Shown here one piece after another: positions 25,039-36,158 of a stretch of DNA of 64,000 nucleotides (the stretch's first letter is position 1; each line of letters starts with the position of its first letter). The notes below the pieces were generated by a model. That model did no database searches, was not told the DNA's origin, and saw only the letters and a list, made by a program, of their open reading frames with translations. The DNA is taken from the NCBI RefSeq assembly GCF_006345805.1, contig NC_043010.1, forward strand, positions 51,832,001-51,896,000, in the 5' to 3' direction. This DNA is from Octopus sinensis (Eukaryota). The position numbers and the translations under genes were made by a program.

Positions 25039-28000
25039 ATGGCCAAGCTGGGCTGTATAAACATACGTGGAATGGGGTCGAAATGGAAACAAATTTGTTT
25101 CCTGAACGACCTCACGACACACGGTATAGATATTGCTATTGCAACCGAGTCCAAGATGAGCGAGACCCAAGCGTTCTCGCCTCTTCTAAATGGTTTCGAG
25201 AAATTTATTTCTCCTAGCCGAGGAAGAGGCGGAGGCGTGGCAGTCTTCATCAGGAAGAGCTTGGACTTGCAGGTAAGTACTGTCTTTCTGGACCCAGAAG
25301 GCAGGCTGGTTGTCCTGGATGTGACTCACGCAAGTAAACAGTCCTTCAGGTTGGTAGCTGTCTACGCCCCGAACGAGGGTAGACAGTCGGGTTTCTTTCG
25401 AAGCCTGGAGCCCTTTCTGGCGACGTCGAAAACAGTAATACTAGTAGGGGACTTTAACACTGTCCTTGAAGCGCACATCGACAGTGTTGGCTCAACTAAT
25501 AGGAAGGGGAATCCTAGCCTCAAGGGTCTACTGGAGAGCTTTGATCTAGTGGACCGTTACCGACTGGATGAGCCGAGCGTTCCACAGTGGACGTGGAGTA
25601 ACAACGACGGCTCACACAGATCGTACCTAGATAGGATAATTATAAAAAAAAGAGATAAGGATACGTTTAGTTGTCCACAATTTCATATTGTACCTTACTC
25701 GGATCACAAGTTTGTGACGTGTGAGGTGCAATTAGACAAGTGTCATAGACAGGGACCCGGGTACTGGAAGCTGAACAAGGCTATTTTGAATTGTGAAGAC
25801 TTCCGTACCCGGATTAAGGAGTTAGTTCAGAGGGCATTGTGCGGCACCGTCATTAACAATAGATGGTGGCACGCCCTCAAAAGAGCCATTCGATTAGAGT
25901 CCGTTAGATTTAGCAATCAGATAAGGACAGATAGGGCTAGTCTAGAGGGCGATTTAGTTAAGAAGCTAGACGAGGCAATGGAAGCTGGCTCTGCATCCGG
26001 AGTACTGGCGGCAAGGACGGTATTGTACCGACACCTTGACTCCAAACACGAAGGTTGCAGAGTCAGAGCTAAGCTGCGCGCCGGGAAACGAGAAGGTGTT
26101 AACGTAGCCGGATGGGCCCGTCGTGCGGAGAGTAAGAGAGGCAACAGAGCCTCAATAAAATCTTTGACTGGCGAACAGGGACAAAAGATCTATGGACAGG
26201 AGGAGATGCAAAAGTTTCTTCACCAGCATTTCGCGCGCGCGTTCGGGGGTGGTGGCCCGCTGGACCGGGGGAGTGCCTTAAGGGACTTCCTGGCCGGCGG
26301 GCCGCGGCTCGCGGGGCGTGAGGCGGAGTGCTGTGAGGGAGCGATCACTCCCGCGGAAATAAGGGAAGTGCTGGCCGAGTGCGCCGGGGAGAAATCGCCG
26401 GGGCTGGATGGTCTGCCCTACGAGTTTTACCAAAATATGCCGGATTTGTTCGGGGGAATACTGGCAGGCGTCTACACGAACTGGCAGCAGAACGGGAGAA
26501 TTCCCAGTTCTGTAAGCCGGGGAGTGGTGACGCTAATCCAGAAAGACCCGAGCAAAGGGGATATGATTAGTAACTACAGGCCCATAACTCTACTTAATGT
26601 AGAGTTAAAGATTTTGGCCAAGGTGTTAGCAAAAAGGTTGACGGTTGTCGTGGAGAAACTTGTAGGGAGAGCACAGACATGTGCAATTCCAGGCAGGTCG
26701 ATCCAGGACAACCTTCACCTTATACGCTACACCTTAGATAGGGTGGGTAAAATAACCGGCAAAGGTGGGGTAATGGTCCACTTGGACCAAAGTAAAGCCT
26801 TCGATAGGGTAGACCATGGGTACCTGGCGGCGGTCCTCGAAGCGACCGGACTGGGTCCCGAATTCCGCGGGTGGATCTCCGCTATGTACAGCGGCATCAA
26901 GTCCACCGTCCAGATAAACGGTTACCTAACAGAACCGTTTTCGATCGAATGTTCAGTACGTCAGGGGTGCCCCTTGTCACCACTTTTGTACGTATTGGCT
27001 CTCGAGCCACTACTGCGAAGGTTGGAGAGGCTGGGGAGTAACTCAGATGGAATCGGAGGTGGGAGGTCGGTCACTGCCTATGCGGATGACATCACCCTCA
27101 TCGTGTCCAAGGAGGCCCAACTACCTGGTGTAGAGGAGGCTATCAGAGGATACGAGGCGGTGGCAGGAGCAAAGGTTAACAGGGACAAATCGGTCGGCTT
27201 GCGCCTCGGCACCTGGAGGAACAAGCCGATATTGTCCAGTGTTGTGGGACACTGGACGGATGGCCCTGTTAAGTTGCTGGGAGTCTGGTTTGGACCGGAC
27301 TCCCAAACGGAGAAGAACTGGAGCGAGGTGACGGGCAAGGTGGAGGCCATAATACGGACCTGGTCCGGAAGGTCTCTGTCCTTGAAAGGAAGGGCGGAGG
27401 TGGTGCAGATGTTTATTGCATCCGTAATCACCTACCGCCTGACCGTCGTCCCTTGCCCCGACTCATGGCTTAACAAGTTGGAACGAGCCCTCTTCCGCTT
27501 TTTGTGGAAAGGAGGAAAGCCACTTGTGAGACGCTCCGTGTGCTGTCAAGAACCGTTAAAGGGTGGGTTAGGGATGCCTTGGTTGATGATGCGCAGACAT
27601 GCGTTGAGACTAAGACATCTCTGGCACCACCTGGAAGGTGATAAGGTGTGGAGTCCGTTGGCAGAGGGATTTTTTCCGAGACCGGCCTCCTTAGTTAATT
27701 TTAAACCCGGTTACATCAGAAGATGCAATCTGACTCCATGGCAAAAGGAGTGCCGACAGGCACTCACGCTGATCCACAGGACGGGCAAGGCCGGCTGCGG
27801 AAATACCACCTCGGTATTTTATAGAGGGCTGGTAGAAGGTAAAAACGATGACGTCCTAGGAGGGGCTCTGGGGTTTGATGAAAACCAGCTTGCCAATCTG
27901 TTTAAGAAAACGTTCAGGTCGGGGTATTTGGATAATTTCCAAAGATCCCTGGCTTGGCAGTGCTACAGGAATGCTTTACCTGTTCGCGAAAAGTTATCAC

Positions 28001-28428
28001 GGCACGGAGTTCCAGTGCCACCGACGTGTCCAAGATGCGGGCTGGACGATGAAACCGTTCAGCACGCTTTTTTTCATTGTCGGAAGTTGAACGACTTGAT
28101 AAGTTACGCAGAACACGTGTTATCGCATCTGGGACGAGTACAGCTGTCGGCTGAGTCTATGATTAAGATGATACCGCCAACTGGACTCTCGAAGGAAGGT
28201 GAGGCATGTTTTCACTGCACGGTTGCAGTGGTAAAGGAATGCATGTGGAGAACGAGAATGGAAGGAACCGCGACAGGGTCATTTGTCTCCGGGCCCGGCT
28301 TGCTCACCTACTTCAGATATCATCTGAGAAGCAAGATGGGACTGGAGAGGAGGACCCTGCCGCGGGGAGTGTATGCGAATAGATGGAAGGAAGTGGAAAG
28401 AAAGGTGGGTACGAGAAGGCCAGCTTGA
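25039..28428 (+). CDS. Tx1-like ORF2p: APE endonuclease, reverse transcriptase and C-terminal zinc finger, 1129 aa
   Basis: APE: INIRG, ATESK, VYAPN, VGDFN, LDRII, SDHK; RT: KSPGLDG, YRPITLLN, DQSKAFDRVDH, RQGCPLSP, YADD; CPRC...ETVQHAFFHC. Confidence 0.96.
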   Translation: MAKLGCINIRGMGSKWKQICFLNDLTTHGIDIAIATESKMSETQAFSPLLNGFEKFISPSRGRGGGVAVFIRKSLDLQVSTVFLDPEGRLVVLDVTHASKQSFRLVAVYAPNEGRQSGFFRSLEPFLATSKTVILVGDFNTVLEAHIDSVGSTNRKGNPSLKGLLESFDLVDRYRLDEPSVPQWTWSNNDGSHRSYLDRIIIKKRDKDTFSCPQFHIVPYSDHKFVTCEVQLDKCHRQGPGYWKLNKAILNCEDFRTRIKELVQRALCGTVINNRWWHALKRAIRLESVRFSNQIRTDRASLEGDLVKKLDEAMEAGSASGVLAARTVLYRHLDSKHEGCRVRAKLRAGKREGVNVAGWARRAESKRGNRASIKSLTGEQGQKIYGQEEMQKFLHQHFARAFGGGGPLDRGSALRDFLAGGPRLAGREAECCEGAITPAEIREVLAECAGEKSPGLDGLPYEFYQNMPDLFGGILAGVYTNWQQNGRIPSSVSRGVVTLIQKDPSKGDMISNYRPITLLNVELKILAKVLAKRLTVVVEKLVGRAQTCAIPGRSIQDNLHLIRYTLDRVGKITGKGGVMVHLDQSKAFDRVDHGYLAAVLEATGLGPEFRGWISAMYSGIKSTVQINGYLTEPFSIECSVRQGCPLSPLLYVLALEPLLRRLERLGSNSDGIGGGRSVTAYADDITLIVSKEAQLPGVEEAIRGYEAVAGAKVNRDKSVGLRLGTWRNKPILSSVVGHWTDGPVKLLGVWFGPDSQTEKNWSEVTGKVEAIIRTWSGRSLSLKGRAEVVQMFIASVITYRLTVVPCPDSWLNKLERALFRFLWKGGKPLVRRSVCCQEPLKGGLGMPWLMMRRHALRLRHLWHHLEGDKVWSPLAEGFFPRPASLVNFKPGYIRRCNLTPWQKECRQALTLIHRTGKAGCGNTTSVFYRGLVEGKNDDVLGGALGFDENQLANLFKKTFRSGYLDNFQRSLAWQCYRNALPVREKLSRHGVPVPPTCPRCGLDDETVQHAFFHCRKLNDLISYAEHVLSHLGRVQLSAESMIKMIPPTGLSKEGEACFHCTVAVVKECMWRTRMEGTATGSFVSGPGLLTYFRYHLRSKMGLERRTLPRGVYANRWKEVERKVGTRRPA

Positions 28429-28669
28429 CCATGGAGGAGAGAGAGGAAGTGGAAGCTGCAGGGCCTCAACAATTGCCGGGGTGTGAAAGCTCCAGTAAAA
28501 TCACAAAGGTCAGCTACAAGTGTTTGTAACACTAGTTACGCAAAAACTATTACTTATAACGAATACAAACGAAACTTTTTTAATCGATTCTCTTAAATTT
28601 TCTTGTATGTATGTATGTCCTGTATTCGTCCTTTCTATGTATTAATTTTTATAATTGTAATAAAGAGAT

Positions 28670-28685
28670 ATATATACTCTGCGTT
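28670..28685 (+). repeat. Right target-site duplication of the Tx1-like element
   Basis: ATATATACTCTGCGTT. Confidence 0.9.
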
Positions 28686-28940
28686 TTTTTCCTTCTTTTA
28701 TTTGCCAGCTGAGTAGACTGGAGTAATGTGAAATAAAGTGTTTTGTTCAAGAACAAAATGTGTCGCCCAGTCCAGGAAGCGAAACTGCAATCCATGAATC
28801 CAACACTCCTAACCACTAAACAATGTGCCTTAAGACAGTTATAGCTATTCCAAAACTCCATGGCAAACATTTATGACTAGAACTCTTAGAGTAAAAGCGT
28901 TGGAATACAATAAAAAAGAAATTTTAAAGAATTCTTAAAT

Positions 28941-29345
28941 ATAGGCGCAGGAGTGGCTGTGTGGTATGTAGCTTGTTTACCAACCACATGGTTCCGGGTT
29001 CAGTCCCACTGCGTGGCACCTTGGGCAAGTATCTTCTACTATAGCCCCGGGCCGACCAAAGCCTTGTGAGTGGATTTGGTAGACGGAAACTGAAACAAGC
29101 CCGTCGTATATATGTATATATATGTGTGTGTGTGTCTGTGTTTATCCCCCTAGCATTGCTTGACAACCGATGCTGGTGTGTTTATGTCCCCGTTACTTAG
29201 CGGTTCGGCAAAAAGAGACCGATAGAATAAGTACTGGGCTTACAAAAGAATAAATCCCGGGATCGAGTTGCTCGATTAAAGGCGGTGCTCCAGCATGGCC
29301 GCAGTCAAATGACTGAAACAAGTAAAAGAGAGTAAAAGAGAGTAA
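28941..29345 (+). mobile_element. SINE family A
   Basis: Full consensus. Confidence 0.9.
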
Positions 29346-30487
29346 CAACTATTAAAATATTAAATTCGAATAGTGAAATTATGCATTTAGTTTTTAATAT
29401 TGAATATTTATAATTTTCTCATATATAAGCATTGCTGTGTATGAGAAAGTTTGCCTCACAACCATTTGGTTCCAGGTACAGTCCTACAGCATGGCACCTT
29501 GGCAAGTGTCATTCACTATAGGCCCCCAGGTCAACCCAAGCCTTGTGAATGGATTTGGTAGGCAGAAACTGAAAGAAGCCGGTCATATGTGTGCATTGTA
29601 GTCTTGAGCAAAACACTTTCTTTCACATTGCTCCATTCCACCCTGCGACGGAAAGCAATCCAGCTTGGGGGGGTAAGGGGATAATGCGCTCTTGGTCTCT
29701 TATACACCGGGTAACTGACCCACCTCTATGTACCCTGGGACATGAGACAGTAACGTCCAGGGTACTCATATTAGCTTATTCATAGGTACGGGCATGTGGC
29801 AAGAAGTACCAAACCTCCAAAATAAATACTGGGATTGATCTGCTCAATTAAACCTTTCAATGTGGTACCCCAGCATGGCCGCAGTCCAATGACTGAAACA
29901 AGTAAACAGAACCAATATATTGACTTTGATTTTCTTTAAGCTTAAAAACTGTTAAACTTCAGTATTTGAAAACAGCGATTTTTTTCCTCCCTTTCTAGTG
30001 TTATTTATTAATCCATTTATTTGTGATGTACTACATCCAGTCATTCCCCGATCTTAAAAGAAATGCCAAGCTAAGAAGTTTAAACAAATCATCGTTTTGT
30101 GACATATGCAACTCCCTCGTTCTAATATACAAGAGTCAGAGTATGTTCTTAAGCAACAATTTTGTTGTAATAACCTCACCGATCTTCATAGAGAAATGCC
30201 AAACATTGTCCAATAATAATAATAATAATAATAATGACAATGACAACAACAGTGATGACGATGTTGATGATGATGATGGTGATGATGATGATGATGACGA
30301 TTTAGTATCCAATAGTTGGTGTGATCTATTGGTTTCCGGCAATTTTAAATGTTGAAGAAGCCAAGACACTTAACCAGCAATCAATGATACCGACCGACAT
30401 TTAATCCAACATCACGGTCCAGCCACTACAATATTTGTGTGTGTGTGTGTGTGTATATGTATATATATATATATATACACATACACA

Positions 30488-30526
<39 letters not shown>

Positions 30527-30548
30527 TGTGTGTATGTGTATATATATA

Positions 30549-30758
30549 AGTCAGGACGCCATCATAGATCGTTAGCTACTACACGCATTTTTTTCTCTCT
30601 TTGTTTCTCTCCTTGTTTTTTTTCTGTGTATCTTTCTGTAGAAGAGCATAGGCTCGAAACATAAAATACTTTTTCTATTCCTGAGCGCTATATAATACAT
30701 TTGTTTGTTTGTACTCCTCCTGCCTTCGTCTTTTATTTATTTTCGTAAACTTTCCCTT

Positions 30759-30760
<2 letters not shown>
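30549..30760 (+). mobile_element. Microsatellite-flanked insert with a degenerate hammerhead-like motif
   Basis: 30636-30668 CTGTAGAA-GAGC-atag-GCTC-GAAACATA; flanked by (TA)n and (CA)n. Confidence 0.45.
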
Positions 30761-30797
<37 letters not shown>

Positions 30798-31314
30798 ACA
30801 CACGCACTCACACACGCGCATACATATTGGTCTGTCCAAAGCTATAGCAGAAGACATGTGCTCAGGGTGCCATGCGGTGGGAGCGAACCCAGGATGCACA
30901 TATTCTTTTCTACTCTAGGCACAAGGCCCGAAATTTTTTGGGAGGAGGCCGGTCGATTAGATCGACCCCAGAACGCAACTGGTACTTAATTTATCAACCC
31001 CGAAAGGATGAAAGGCAAAGTTGACCTCGACAGAATTTGAACTCAGAACGTAGCGGCAGACGAAATACCGCTAAGCATTTCGCCCGACGTGCTTAATGTT
31101 TCTTGTTCCCTTACTACCCTCAAGTGGCTACACACAAAGAGGACAAACAAGGACAGACAAACGGATTTAGTTGATTATATAGACTCCAGTGCGTAGCTGG
31201 TACTTAATTTATCGAACCCGAAAAGATGAAAGGCAAAGACGACCTCGGCGGAATTCTGTCAGCTCACCGCCTTTAGAGATGCGCATATTGTCAGCCACAG
31301 AGGTACATGTTCAA

Positions 31315-31700
31315 CTGTGGAGGCGCAATGGCCCAGTGGTTAGGGCAGCGGATTCGCGGTCGTAGGATCGCGGTTTCGATTCCCAGACCGGGCGTTGTGA
31401 GTGTTTATTGAGCGAAAACACCTAAAAGTTCCACGAGGCTCCAGCAGGGATGGTGGAGATCCCTGCTGTACTCTTTCACCACAACTTTCTCTCACTCTTA
31501 CTTCCTGTTTCTGTTGTACCTGTATTTCAAAGGGCCGGCCTTGTCACTCTCTGTGTCACGCTGAATATCCCCGAGAACTACGTTAAGGGTACACGTGTCT
31601 GTGGAGTACTCAGCCACTTACACGTTAATTTCACGAGCAGGCTGTTCCGTTGATTCGGATCAACCGGAACCCTCGTCGTCGTAACCGACGGAGTGCTTCC
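31315..31700 (+). mobile_element. tRNA-derived SINE family D
   Basis: ggaggcgcaatggcccagtggttagg...ggtttcgattcc A/B-box head; the same head occurs at about 54725 (+) and about 49185 (-). Confidence 0.8.
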
Positions 31701-31954
31701 CATGTTCAACTGATTGAGCTCAAACAGCTAACAAGCAAATCTGTAGTATTGAGCAGAATAATTGCTGTAGCACATCTTTTATACAAAGATAAAACAATGT
31801 ACATGATAACACTTCCAATCAGTTAAGATCAAAAGCTATGCCCTCGTCCAGTGTCCGAGTATTGCTGACCTGTGGGTTTATGTCGAACACCTTCTGTCGC
31901 GTGTAGGACGGATCTTTTCAACTTCAATAAAATACTATATACATTAAATTATGT

Positions 31955-32292
31955 GTGAAGGTGCATGGCTCAGTGTTTAGAGCGACGATCTTACGACCGT
32001 GAGGTTGTGAGTTCGAATATCGGATCGGGCTGCATGTTGTGTTCTTGAGCAAGACACTTTATTTCAGGTTGCTCCAGTTCACTCAGCTGTAGAAATGAGT
32101 TGCGACGTCACTGATGCCAAGCTGTATCAACCTTTGCCTTTCTCTTGGATAGCATCGGTGGCATGGAGAGTGGAGGCTGGTATGCATGGGCGACTGTTGG
32201 TCTTCCATAAACAACCTTCCCCGGACTTGTGCTTAATGGGAGTAACTTCCTAGGTGCAATCCCATGGTCATTCGTGACCGAAGGGGGTCTCC
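31955..32292 (+). mobile_element. tRNA-derived SINE family E
   Basis: tggctcagtg...gagttcga head followed by cttgagcaagacactttattt core. Confidence 0.7.
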
Positions 32293-32576
32293 GACATTAA
32301 ATTATAATATATATATATATATATATATCGTAACCGTGTTTATCAGGAGAAAATATTGAAAAACTTCAATACATGTCAAAATTACAAAGAAACGAGGAAG
32401 GAGGTCGTAGGAGATGCCAGAAACAACAGCCAAATCTCCCGTAAATCACATCTTTTTATCTGAAAATATTTACAAATTAAATTTTTTTTTTTTTTATCCA
32501 AAAGTTTTCTATGGTTTTTAAGTGTGTAGTGCAAAAGAAAATCGTCCAAAGACGGTCCGAAGTGTGGGTTTCTTAC

Positions 32577-32720
32577 CTTTAAAAAGGGCTTCTTGTCTTC
32601 CAGTAGTAGCTTAGTGACAAGATTAGTTGCTTAATTCACTGCTGGTTTCCGACTCGGCAACCCGGTAGGAGAGTGTTGAAAAAATAGGTGAACCGAGAAA
32701 TTGTTCTATGGCGGAAATGA
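32577..32720 (-). other. Candidate second non-coding 5' exon on the minus strand
   Basis: Donor AAAG|GTAAGA at 32577/32576; CpG-richer unique sequence with no ATG; no clear acceptor. Confidence 0.3.
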
Positions 32721-33069
32721 TATCACTTAGTGATGTAACAACGCCGATCATTCCTCCAGCAAATATACATTTATATCAAAACCCAGACTCGGTGAAAGAG
32801 AACAGGAATATGACAAAGTTTATAACCCTTTCTACCGTAATTTATAAGTTTATAATCCTTACAGAATTTGAACTCAGAGGACCTGATTAAGACCCATAGA
32901 GGCCCTAGACACTTAAAAGGTTTTGGTGCCCTCGAGTATATGTAAATGGTTTAAAATGTAAGCAAAAATATTTCAAAATGTAAACGATAATAAACCTTAA
33001 AATCAATTTTTATTTTTCAAAATGGAATAAAACTAACATTAAGACGGAAAAATAATGTTTAATTTTTGT

Positions 33070-33396
33070 ATACTCTTTTTTACTTGTTTCAGTCATTTGA
33101 CTGCGGCCATGCTGGAGCACCGCCTTTAATCGAGCAACTCGACCCCGGGACTTATTCTTTTGTAAGCCCAGTACTTATTCTATCGGTCTCTTTTGCCGAA
33201 CCGCTAAGTGACGGGGACATAAACACACCAGCATCGGTTGTCAAGCAACGCTAGGGGGACAAACACAAATACACACACGCATATATATATATATATACGT
33301 TTAAATATTTGTTGTGCAAGATTTTTATTGGCTAAACTGGCAATATGACCATTCCGAAATATAACAATATATATATATAATATATATATATATATA

Positions 33397-33427
<31 letters not shown>

Positions 33428-33593
33428 CGACGGGCTTCTTTCAGTTTCCGTCTACCAAATCCACTCAGAAGGCTTTGGTCGGCCCGAGGCTATAGAAGAA
33501 GACACTTGCCCAAGGTGCCACGCAGTGGGACTGAACCCAGAACCATGTGGTTGGTAAACAAGCTACTTACCACACAGCCACTCCTGCGCCTAT
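33070..33593 (-). mobile_element. SINE family A
   Basis: Reverse-complement consensus; about 70-bp insert inside its (TA)n. Confidence 0.88.
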
Positions 33594-33680
33594 ATGTTTC
33601 GATTTTATTTATATTTGAAAAGCTTTCTCCTTATTTTTTTTAATTGCAAAGTGTTCAATGATATCTTTAGAATCAATTTT

Positions 33681-34203
33681 GGAAAGACTCCTCCCGTCCC
33701 CCACCCACCCATTTTCTCGCAAATTATTATTATTATTATTATTTTGTTTTTTTTTTTTTTGCCAAAAACCCATGTTTTCGGATATGGAGATTCCGGAAAA
33801 TTGCAAAAAATCGGAATTTTGAAATTTTTTCCCCCTCCTTTATTCCCCACCCCAATTTCTTCATTATTCACCCTAACCCTAACCCTAAAACCCTAACTCT
33901 AAACCCTAACCCTAAAACCTAAAAAATTTGGGAAAAAGAATTTTACAAAAATTTTTGGAATTTTTTTTTTTTTTTCCACAATCATAATCTCCGTATTTTT
34001 CTGCATATTTTGAAAAAAAATTTCTGAAAAAAGTTTAAAATGAAGAATTTAGGGCGGGGTGGTTAATTTCAAAATGCCGATTTTTGCCAGTTTTTTTGCA
34101 GATTCATATTCTCCGTAGCCGAAAACGGGGATTTTGTGTAGAAAAACAAGATTTTTTTTAAAAAGGGGGTGATTTTTGGGGTGGTACAAATGGAAGTCTT
34201 GCC
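33681..34203. mobile_element. MITE-like element with terminal and subterminal inverted repeats and an internal (CCCTAA)n tract
   Basis: Inner IR about 33764-33825 vs 34066-34135; ends GGAAAGACT.../...AGTCTTGCC; telomere-like repeats at 33870-33921. Confidence 0.65.
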
Positions 34204-34875
34204 ATTTTACATAAAACTACAGCTTCTATACTATAAGACATTACGAATATTATTTCAGCAAGATTAAAGTGATTTCTTTCGTGCCGTAAACCATTTTCAT
34301 TTCTGTGGTGCTCCCCCTCCCCATGATGCCCTAAGCACGTGCTTATTTTGCTAAATGGGTTAATCCAGCACTGGACTGAAGGCACTACTGTGCCTATAAA
34401 GTTCTTGTAAATTCAGCATGACACAGAATGTGACAAGGTTGGCCTTTTGGAATACAGGTACTACTCGCTTTTGGCAGCTGAGTGGACTGGGGCAACATGA
34501 AATAAAGGGTCTCGCTGAAGGACAAAATGCGTCGCTGGGACTCGAACTCATGACCTTACAATCTTGAACTGAATACCATGAGCACTAAACCACTTATACT
34601 TATTTTATTGACACTGAAAGAATGAAAGGTAAAGTCAACATGGACAGAATTTGAACTCAGAACATAAAGAACCAGAAGAACTGTCTTTAAGCATTTTGTT
34701 CAGCGTACTAATGATTTTGCCAGGTCACTGCCTTATGGTTTAAAATTTAGGCACAAGGTCAGCAATTTCAGGTGAGGGGGAACATTCCTGTTATCAATAG
34801 CCATTTTTACTTTATCTACTAATAGATTTGGAAATAATGTATTATATCTGTGAGACACAGCTGTCATTCCAGATT

Positions 34876-34948
34876 GGTTTCGTGGTGTAGTGGTTATCAC
34901 GTCTGCTTCACACGCAGAAGGCCGCGAGTTCAAACCTCGCTGAAACCT
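34876..34948 (+). tRNA. tRNA-Val(CAC)
   Basis: Acceptor GGTTTCG/TGAAACC, anticodon arm TCTGC-TTCACAC-GCAGA, T arm GCGAG-TTCAAAC-CTCGC, D loop AGTGGTT, 73 nt, TTTT terminator 6 nt downstream. Confidence 0.93.
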
Positions 34949-35254
34949 AATACTTTTATTTTTATAGATACAGACATGTCTATGGTTAAGAATCCGGATC
35001 TTTACTTTTTGCCCAATAGATTTAGAAAATAATTTTTTGTAACTTAACACTTTCAAACTTCGTGTACTGGTAGAATGTGTCATATAAAATATCTTTTACT
35101 CTTAGCGTTTATATTTACGGAAGAAAAGGCAAGCCTTCTATCACACTCTCAATTTTGGTCCACTTGTGCCGCAGGGTCTTGGAAGAGATAGTGTTAGTTG
35201 AAAGCTACCAAACCTGCCACACACACACACAGACAACTTCAGCTTTATATATAT

Positions 35255-36158
35255 ACTAGCAGTATCGCCCGGCGTTGCTCGGGTTTGTAAGGGAAATAAC
35301 TATATATGCATTTTTAGGGAGTTATAGCCGAAAAATAGCAAAAAAATGCATTAAAAATGGAAAAAAAATTATGGTAATTTTTTTTAATCGTTGACTCATA
35401 GTAGACATTTTTAGAGAGTTACTTCCCTTATATAATAGCGAAAATAATGCATTAAAATGGAAAAAAATGATGTTAAATTATTTTTAAAATCGTAGACTCA
35501 TCGTAGACGCGCGCTAATACCCAGAAGGGCTCGATATGAATCACGACTATAAGATACCCGGTTTTGGTTAAACTGCACCGCAAAATGTGGGAGTAGTTAG
35601 GAATCTAAATCGTAGGAGACAGACACACAACTTCACTTTTATATATAAAGACTTGCAGTATCGCCCGGCGTTGCTCGGGTTTGTAAGGGAAATAACTATA
35701 TAAGCATTTTTAGAGAGTTACTTCCCTTATAAATTCGGGCTTTCTTAGCCATTTTTGTTTTGGTGTCTTCAAGCCATGAAGTCGTTGTTCTAAAAGAACG
35801 CTGGTTTCCTTCACAGCGCATTACGACGTTGATTTCTTTACACTCCCTTCCCCACAGCTTCACGAGGGAGGGAAGGGGGAGAAGCAAACAGGTGCAGCTG
35901 TGAGCGTGGACGCCAACTCCGCCGCCATCGACATACGATGCATTTTATGCATTAAAATGGAATAAAAAATGATGTTAAATTATTTTTAAAATCGTAGACT
36001 CATCGTTGACGCGCGCTAATAGTCAGACGGGCTCGATATGAATCACGACTATAAGATACCCGAATTTGGTTAAACTGCACCGCAAAATGTGGGAGGAGTT
36101 AGGAATCTAAATCGAAGGGGACAGACACTCACACAACTAGAGTTTTATATATAGAGAT
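35255..36158 (+). mobile_element. Two tandem non-autonomous Helitron-like elements (35255-35650 and 35651-36158), preceded by the 3' end of a third
   Basis: Starts ACTAGCAGTATCGCCCGGCGTTGCTCGGG; ends ACAGACAC...TTTTATATATA(A/G)AGA(T); copy 2 carries about 200 bp extra. Confidence 0.55.

Larger units (their letters stand above)
23375..28669 (+). mobile_element. Full-length Tx1/L1-clade non-LTR retrotransposon, about 5.3 kb, both ORFs intact
   Basis: About 210-nt 5' UTR, ORF1, 28-nt spacer, ORF2, about 240-nt 3' UTR with AATAAA, 16-bp TSD. Confidence 0.93.

Noticed and set aside
31315-31390. tRNA-like sequences at the heads of SINE families A, B, D and E
   Set aside because: A/B boxes are present but there is no complete cloverleaf, and they run into SINE bodies; not tRNA genes
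32581-32715. AAAAAGGGCTTCT matches the 5' end of U11 snRNA
   Set aside because: The match stops after 13 nt and there is no Sm site or U11 stem-loop pattern downstream; the sequence is better explained as the edge of a minus-strand exon
33676-34208. ATTTT on both sides of the telomere-repeat MITE as a 5-bp TSD
   Set aside because: Not reproduced at the second copy and likely by chance in AT-rich DNA
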